This document shows, piece after piece, positions 34,274 to 41,610 of a DNA stretch of 41,610 nt; position 1 is the first letter of the stretch, and every line of letters starts with the position of its first letter. A program made the translations under genes and the position numbers. The notes under the pieces were generated by a model, which was given only the letters and a program-made list of their open reading frames with translations, had not been told where the DNA came from and did no database searches. Origin of the DNA: Macrostomum lignano (lineage: Eukaryota); contig NIVC01004575.1 of assembly GCA_002269645.1 (NCBI GenBank), positions 1-41,610 of the forward strand. Direction: 5' to 3'.

Positions 34274-34806
34274 CTGTACATTGATGTTCAATATAATGTA
34301 CATTTTGTTGATGTTCAATATAGGCAATGTACATTGAAATCATGATACTGGATGTAGTTTAAGTGACATTTCCCAATTTTTTGAGATATTTTTAGAGGCG
34401 CTTCATGACATTGTTAAGATTGGCTCGACATTGTTGAGGTTCCTTCTAGGAATTGTTCATGGTTGCTTCAGGGCATCATCAGTTACGAGCCGTAGGATTG
34501 ATTCTTAGTAGTAGTTGTGACTCAAGCGACTGTGACCTAATCTAGCTCAAAAAGAGAATTCCGCACAGTGCAATGACTCTCGCTAAAGCTACAGGTAGAC
34601 CTGAAATGATGAAGGAACTGCAGGTTTCGACACAAAAGCTCAAAGCTTAAACAAGCAGTCTGCCTCGAGGCCGTCTTAGCCTGCTAATCCCCAGCCAATC
34701 GCCCACAAAGGCAGCGCTTTGGAAAAAGAGAAAATTGGGAATAAAATTGATTCCGACCGCATCGTCAAATTTGAGGAATAAGAAAATGAACAGAACATTG
34801 GCTCAC

Positions 34807-34915
34807 CAAAATCCGCGACGTGTAGCCGCTATTAACTGAAATTGCTTTGCAAAGCATTTCGCTAATCTCTTTGGGATAGTCGCTGTACTTCTTGGTAATC
34901 TTCTTCTCCAGGGCC
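34807..34915 (-). CDS. ATP2B (PMCA): PMCA exon (ALEKKITKKYSDYPKEISEMLCKAISVNSGYTSRIL)
   Basis: ISVNSGYTSRIL matches ISVNCAYTSKIL; donor TTG|GTGAGC; acceptor is phase 2, which mismatches the upstream donor (see findings); not in the ORF track. Confidence 0.85.
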
Positions 34916-35118
34916 CTGCGGTAGAATTATGATTAACGAGTTCGAGTTAATTCAGGCAATCATTGTTGCTTTGATTCGATGAGTCCCAGGTTCGATTCTT
35001 ATTTTGGAAGCAAAATATTGTTTTTTCATGTGGTAAAAACTTAAGGAGAGTTGAAGTGTGGAATTTTAGCTCGTAGTAGTATTTGACGTTTTCAATGTGA
35101 TTCTGAAAAGAGGACACG

Positions 35119-35440
35119 GGATTTCGGACAGGGATTTCGGTCAGGGGATTTCGGACAGGGGATTTCGGACAGGGGATTTCGGACAGGGGATTTCGGACAG
35201 GGGATTTCGGACAGGGGATTTCGGACAGGGGATTCGGACAAGGGATTTCGGACAGGGGATTTCGGACAGGGGATTTCGGACAGGGGATTTCGGACAGGGG
35301 ATTTCGGACAGGGGATTCGGACAAGGGATTTCGGACAGGGGATTTCGGACAGGGGATTTCGGACAGAGGATTTCGGATGGGGATTTCGGACGGGGATTTC
35401 GAACAGGGGATTTTGGACAGCGGATTTCGGACAAGGGATT
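35119..35440. repeat. 13-14 bp minisatellite (GGGGATTTCGGACA), ~23 copies
   Basis: Direct periodicity. Confidence 0.95.
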
Positions 35441-35524
35441 CTCAAGGGTTCAAGAGATTAAGGCGAGGGGATTTTAGGGAGTGAATTTGTTGTTGGCTTT
35501 GTCGAGTGAATTTCAGCCACTCAC

Positions 35525-36058
35525 CTCCCAGGTACACCTGAACGGCAGTCATCCTGTTAGTAGTCAAAGTGCCAGTCTTGTCTGAACAGATTGCTGTAGC
35601 ATTGCCCATGGTCTCGCAGGCGTCCAGATGCCGCACCAAGTTGTTGTCCTTCATCATCTTCTTGACTGAGTAAGCCAGAGAGAGGGTGACAGCCAGCGGC
35701 AAGCCTTCGGGCACGGCGACCACGATCACGGTGACGGAGATGATGACGAAGTCGATAAACTTCTGCAGGTCGCGGGTGAAGTTAAACTCCAGGCCGGCTC
35801 CGGTTGGCGGCTGGGCGAAGGTCAGCACGCAGTACTTGATGATGAGGACAAGGAAGGTCACAGCGCCGATCAGCGAGCCGACGTTGCCTATCCGGATGGC
35901 CAAGCTGGTGAGCTTGGCCTGCAGGATGCTCTTCTCCTTGCTTGACGAGTACTTTTTCTTCTTCTCTTCGTCGTCCACGTGATTGGTGGCGCCGTCGCCC
36001 CCGGCTGGCGAGGAACCGGCGGCGCCGCTCACAGCAGTCAGCTGTACAGCTTCGGGAT
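35525..36058 (-). CDS. ATP2B (PMCA): PMCA exon, TM3-4 and phosphorylation site ([10 protein letters not shown]...[13 protein letters not shown]...[13 protein letters not shown])
   Basis: PEGL and DKTGT P-type ATPase motifs; acceptor cacggcag (phase 1), donor G|GTGAGT (phase 1). Confidence 0.97.
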
Positions 36059-36087
36059 CTGCCGTGGGCAGGGATTGGCGAGTTGTA

Positions 36088-36225
36088 AGCACCTGGGACA
36101 GGTAATTGTGTCAGCACCTGGGACAGGTAACTGTGTCAGCACCTGGGACAGGTAACTGTGTCAGCACCTGGGACAGGTAACTGTGTCAGCACCTGGGACA
36201 GGTAACTGTGTCAGCACCTGGGACA
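36088..36225. repeat. 25 bp minisatellite (GCACCTGGGACAGGTAACTGTGTCA), ~5.5 copies, just upstream of the PMCA acceptor
   Basis: Direct periodicity. Confidence 0.93.
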
Positions 36226-37422
36226 GATTGCTTTATAAATAAACCGATAAGCAAACACTTCAAGCATATATTCGAAGGCACAGTTTGCTAGGAAATGGCG
36301 GAACAAAACTATACCAGAGCTCGTGCAAAAAGCATTAAAATTTTCAGAAGATCACTCAGTACACTTCAAATCGATATAGTGTTGAAAATTTCTCTGTGTC
36401 CGCTGCTAATTCACGTCTAGAAATCATTTAAATAGAATTGTAAATAATACACAGCAGGAATAACAAGCTACTTTAAGTAGCTTTACTGCTGTTTTAGTCG
36501 GAGAAAACACAAAGATGTTTCACGCTTCAACAATATAAATTATTCTAGTTGGAGATTTAGCCGCGCCTCAGTCAGACCTGAGCTGAGAACTAATATTGAG
36601 CACAGGGAAGGGGGGGGTGAGCTGCATGCGTTCGAGGCGTTAGTTGAAGAGCAGACAAACTTATGCTTGGGTCCGGGAGGGGGGAAAATTCCCGTGTGGG
36701 GATATTTTTAGCCAGCGGATCGGTAATTAATTCGGCATCAGAATTAAGGGATAACAAAAACTGCATGCTGGGGGGGGGGTGTTCAGCCTGAGACGCCGGA
36801 AAAAAGATTCAGAAGAGAGAGAGGGGAACGGAGGAGGCAGAGCCAACGAAGAAGGTGTGCGTGCAGTCGGTAGAAAATTAATCCCTCGACTCATTCCAGG
36901 GCAACCAGGCTTTGCTGCCGCATGGGCTGGCAGGTTGCGATGGGGGGAGGGGGAGAATTCGCATGGGATTTCTAGCCCACTGCCTGGCCAAATAGGCCAT
37001 GAGGAAAATGTTCGGCCAGCAAGGCTTGAGCTTGTTCCGTTTTCCCATCCCGTCAGGGCCATTCTCGACGCATAATATTGCGCCAAAATCATTATTTCCC
37101 TTTCATTTGGCTACTCAACTCAGCTGCCAATGCCGGGGGTGGGGCGACAGAGCAGACAAAGCTGTCGAGAATAGGATTAAATCCCCGCTGCTGCCTTGCC
37201 CCATCCTAAATCCCCGAGCACACTCGAATGAATCAGCTGCTGCTAGTTGGGCCAAAATCTTCTCAAGTAATTTGCCTTGATTTGACTTTGGCAGGAATCT
37301 GGGCCTCCGCTTGGCTGTGCTGCATCTATTGCCTATGGGTACCTCATTTATTGCCCACAGGCCAATAAGCTGCTTCTGAAACCAATTCTGCGCATTGCGG
37401 ATTGATGTTGGAATTGTTATTT

Positions 37423-38548
37423 CTGTGCCATGTCTGTGTCTGTGTCTGTGCCTGTGTCTGTGCCATGTCTGTATCTGTATCTGTGCCATGTCTGTGTCTG
37501 TGTCTGTGCCTGTGTCTGTGCCATGTCTGTATCTGTATCTGTGCCATGTCTGTGTCTGTGTCTGTGTCTGTGTCTGTGCCATGTCTGTATCTGTATCTGT
37601 GCCATGTCTGTGTCTGTGTCTGTGCCTGTGTCTGTGCCATGTCTGTATCTGTATCTGTGCCATGTCTGTGTCTGTGTCTGTGTCTGTGTCTGTGCCATGT
37701 CTGTATCTGTATCTGTGCCATGTCTGTGTCTGTGTCTGTGCCTGTGTCTGTGCCATGGTGTATCTGTGTCTGTGTCATGTCTGTGTCTGTGTCTGTGCCT
37801 GTGTCTGTGCCATGTCTGTATCTGTGTCTGTGCCTGTATCTGTGCCATGTCTGTGTCTGTGTCTGTGTCTGTGCCTGTGTCTGTGCCATGTCTGTGTCTG
37901 TGTCTGTGCCATGTCTGTGTCTGTGTCTGTGTCTGTGCCATGTCTGTGTCTGTGTCTGTGCCATGTCTGTGTCTGTGTCTGTGTCTGTGCCATGTCTGTG
38001 TCTGTGTCTGTGCCATGTCTGTGTCTGTGTCTGTGTCATGTCTGTGTCTGTGTCTGTGTCTGTGCCATGTCTGTGTCTTTGTCTGTGTCTGCGCTAGTGT
38101 CTGTGTCTGTGTCTGTTTATGTGTCTTTTTCTGTGTATTTTCCTGTAATTTGACGGTCTGTGCCTGTATGCTGATGGTCTGTACCTGTATGTTGATGGTC
38201 TGTACCTGTATGTTGATAGTCTGTACCTGTATGTTGATGGTCTGTACCTGTATGTTGATGGTCTGTACCTGTATGTTGATGGTCTGTGCCTGTAATTTGA
38301 CGGTCTGTGCCTGTATGCTGATGGTCTGTACCTGTATGTTGATGGTCTGTGCCTGTAATTTGACGGTCTGTGCCTGTATGCTGATGGTCTGTGCCTGTAT
38401 GCTGATGGTCTGTGCCTGTATGCTGATGGTCTGTGCCTGTATGCTGATGGTCTGTGCCTGTATGCTGATGGTCTGTGCCTGTATGCTGATGGTCTGTGCA
38501 TGTATGCTGATGGTCTGTGCCTGTATGCTGATGGTCTGTGCCTGTCTA
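37423..38548. repeat. Compound array: hexamer-based TGTGTC/TGTATC/TGTGCC blocks punctuated by CATG (37423-~38115), then a 21-bp repeat TGTGCCTGTATGCTGATGGTC (~38145-38548)
   Basis: Direct periodicity; source of all the HRHRHR and CVCVCA ORFs. Confidence 0.95.
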
Positions 38549-39071
38549 TCCTAGCCAAATTCCTTGCAGGCATGTCCTGTGCTTGCCCCTCAATACTTTA
38601 CTGCGTCTTTCAACTCAAAGCCAGCTCAAATAATAGCTAGTGCTCACTACGAGCTACATCTAGATAATTCTAAAAAATGCTTTCCTTCCGTCCTTCTCTC
38701 TCTACTCCATCCATCCTCTTAATCCCCATTAGCTTTTTATCCCTATCAGCTGGGATGCAGCCTCTCTCAGCCTTATCCGCCCTGTCACAAAGAGTCAAAA
38801 CCATAGCATTGAGTAGCGGCTAGTGTTTCCCTATACAAAGCCCCGGGGGGAGCGACCCCGTGATTATGATTAGTTATAGCATGGCAAAAAAAGTGAAGCA
38901 CAAGCCTTTTTTAAGATGCGATCAATCGGGACTCGATAAAAATAGGCGGAACTGCAGCCGCTTCCTACACCTTCGTACTAATTATGGATGTTCAACTAAA
39001 ATAAAACTATATATTATTGACTGATTAGGCAGCCTGGCGGATTGCGGACAACTCTACCAGGCTCTACTCAC

Positions 39072-39089
39072 GCGGCGCACTTTGCTCGG
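39072..39089 (-). CDS. ATP2B (PMCA): Candidate 18-nt PMCA microexon at splice site A (gives A-E-Q-S-A-P-H in place of D)
   Basis: atttctgcttctattccag|CCGAGCAAAGTGCGCCGC|GTGAGT; phase 1-1, matching both flanking exons. Confidence 0.65.
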
Positions 39090-39506
39090 CTGGAATAGAA
39101 GCAGAAATGTCGGGCAAGCTTATTTTTATTGCTTTTCTTGTGGCGATCTTTTTGCTTGCTAATATTTAGCCTAGTTATTTACTGAGTGCCCCTGCGGCTG
39201 CTCGGCTATAGTTTCAAGAGAGAGGCACTGGAGAGATGAAGATGTCAGAGTCTGTGCGAGCGGGTTGGATATTGGACATGACAGTCTGGGTTCTTGAGGT
39301 GAAGGGAACGTTTCATAAGCTCGAAAATTCATATCGTCGACACGTCTTGCTTGTTGCTTTTCGAGCTCGTGAAAGCGGCCCATGTCACGAACTAAACTTC
39401 ATGCACGAAATATAAATTCTACGAATCGCCTTGTATGCTGCACTCGTTTGTTAACTTGCTTTCTGATACGCAAAAATAGGCTCGTCAGATTTGTTAATTT
39501 GCGTAC

Positions 39507-39683
39507 CGTTCGGCTTGTCGTTAGCGGATCTTTTCTGCGCCTGCGCCGGTGCCGGCTTGTCGTCGCCGTCAGCGCCTTCGGCCTCGCCGGTGGCGCCGAG
39601 CAGGCTGAAGATGATGCCAGCCTGGGAGTTGATGCCGACAGCTGTCACTATCATTCGGCCGGAGCCTTCCATCACGTTGGTGC
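39507..39683 (-). CDS. ATP2B (PMCA): PMCA exon, A-domain end ([31 protein letters not shown]...KPN); upstream exons lie beyond the window
   Basis: Matches [27 protein letters not shown]; acceptor ctctccag, donor G|GTACGC; phase 1-1. Confidence 0.92.
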
Positions 39684-39857
39684 CTGGAGAGTTTTTAAGA
39701 TGCGTTACAGAGTGTCGTTAATATCATGAGATCTAAAGGCTGACATTTGCACTTGTAAATAACTCAGACGTTTGGAGAAACCTGCTTTCCTCAGTTATTC
39801 AGTTGAATCAGTTTTCACTTCAACTTGCGCCACTAGTGCCCTACTTCAGATTTCGAT

Positions 39858-40815
39858 GTGTTTTCGGGTGACGAGAGCTGTATTAGAGGCCATAAAACAG
39901 TCATGAAACAGATAAGCGGAGAGAGCAGCGCCCTTGGTACAGTGTTTTCGGGTGACGAGAGCTGTATTAGAGGCCATAAAACAGTCATGAAACAGATAAG
40001 CGGAGAGAGCAGCGCCCTTGGTACAGTGTTTTCGGGTGACGAGAGCTGTATTAGAGGCCATAAAACAGTCATGAAACAGATAAGCGGAGAGAGCAGCGCC
40101 CTTGGTACAGTGTTTTCGGGTGACGAGAGCTGTATTAGAGGCCATAAAACAGTCATGAAACTGATAAGCGGAGAGAGCAGCGCCCTTGGTACAGTGTTTT
40201 CGGGTGACGAGAGCTGTATTAGAGGCCATAAAACAGTCATGAAACAGATAAGCGGAGAGAGCAGCGCCCTTGGTACAGTGTTTTCGGGTGACGAGAGCTG
40301 TATTAGAGGCCATAAAACAGTCATGAAACAGATAAGCGGAGAGAGCAGCGCCCTTGTACAGTGTTTTCGGGTGACGAGAGCTGTATTAGAGGCCATAAAA
40401 CAGTCATGAAACAGATAAGCGAGAGAGAGCAGCGCCCTTGGTACAGTGTTTTCGGGTGACGAGAGCTGTATTAGAGGCCATAAAACAGTCATGAAACAGA
40501 TAAGCGGAGAGAGCAGCGCCCTTGGTACAGTGTTTTCGGGTGACGAGAGCTGTATTAGAGGCCATAAAACAGTCATGAAACAGATAAGCGGAGAGAGCAG
40601 CGCCCTTGGTACAGTGTTTTCGGGTGACGAGAGCTGTATTAGAGGCCATAAAACAGTCATGAAACAGATAAGCGGAGAGAGCAGCGCCCTTGGTACAGTG
40701 TTTTCGGGTGACGAGAGCTGTATTAGAGGCCATAAACAGTCATGAAACAGATAAGCGGAGAGAGCAGCGCCCTTGGTCAGTGTTTTCGGGTGACGAGAGC
40801 TGTATTGGAGGCCAG
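39858..40815. repeat. 84 bp minisatellite, ~11.4 highly homogeneous copies, in a PMCA intron
   Basis: GGTACAGTG recurs at 84-bp spacing (39936, 40020...); ORFs repeat every 28 aa. Confidence 0.97.
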
Positions 40816-41610
40816 TCATAAAACTGATAAGTAACGCCTTTGTTTGTGTTGCTGTTGATAAGCACGACTGAGAACTGTACAAGAATGCATTTTTATGAAG
40901 AAACTCAGAAATCTTAAAAGTTGCGATTGTAATTCAAAAGCCTGCAATACGAGCGTGGATCGAAAAAGGGAAAACTTTTTTCGCAGTTCAGACAGCCTAG
41001 GCCTCAACTGCCTGCAGCCGTGACCCAATGCTTATGCATCACAGCATACGCAAAACATCCAGCCGAAATGAAAGATTATTATTAGAAAGAATGCTAGGAG
41101 TTTCAAATACTATATATTCTTACACATACGCCTAGGGCGCATAAGAAAACAGGGGAATCGATATGCGTAAAAAATTCACCCCATATCGACTGCTGGGTAA
41201 AGAGGGCAAAGTGGATTCCGAATTCCAATAGCCAGACTGTTCTCTCCGAAAGTCGCAGCAGTGCTGACAAAATGCCGGAGCTGTCGCCAGGATGCCGCCC
41301 CCCTCGCCCTATCCCTTAAACCAGACCCCCCAGGCAGCGGTGAAGACGGGAAGGGGGGTGAAAGTCGAGAGGAAACTGCGGGAGGGGCGGGCGGGCGGTG
41401 GCTCTTCTTCGGCGACGACAGCCACATTGACTTTCTTCTTTCTTTCCCTTTCTCTTCATCTCGCTTCGATTTCGCTCGGCTGAGGGCAGCGCGGACCAGC
41501 TGCTGAAGTGGTGGCCGCCCCCCCCCCCCACCTCGGCGGGGTCAGTGATGCTGTGCGCACCGGCTCGCCTACCGCCCAAGGAAAGGTAGCTTAGCTGAGA
41601 TGAACGCAGA

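Noticed and set aside
37115-40882. His/Arg-rich, Cys-rich and 28-aa-repeat ORFs
   Set aside because: Translations of the hexamer, 21-bp and 84-bp arrays within PMCA introns

Overview
Eukaryotic (invertebrate animal) genomic DNA with three spliced genes. (1) The 5' end of an SBF1/SBF2 (MTMR5/13) DENN-domain gene on the - strand: three coding exons, running off the left edge, with one apparent 1-bp frameshift. (2) A complete five-exon NELF-A gene on the + strand (689 aa by my exon count), head-to-head with SBF across 879 bp. (3) The 3' three-quarters of a plasma-membrane Ca2+-ATPase (PMCA/ATP2B) on the - strand, convergent with NELF-A. The most notable structure is PMCA's regulatory splicing architecture. 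After the exon that stops mid calmodulin-binding domain (...WIRGLARLQTQ|) lie three alternative terminal exons and two in-frame candidate microexons (15 and 9 nt) spread over 13 kb, and an 18-nt candidate microexon sits at the position of vertebrate splice site A. None of the microexons is in the ORF track. Most internal introns are a short core inflated by one intron-specific minisatellite (16 arrays), and these explain most of the long repetitive ORFs. There are also two TIR MITEs, two tRNA-derived SINEs and a fold-back. GC3-rich exons, poly-Q/A tracts and minisatellite-filled introns are reminiscent of the flatworm Macrostomum, but that is inference only. All exon calls come from manual reading of homology, splice signals and phase; I had no transcript data.
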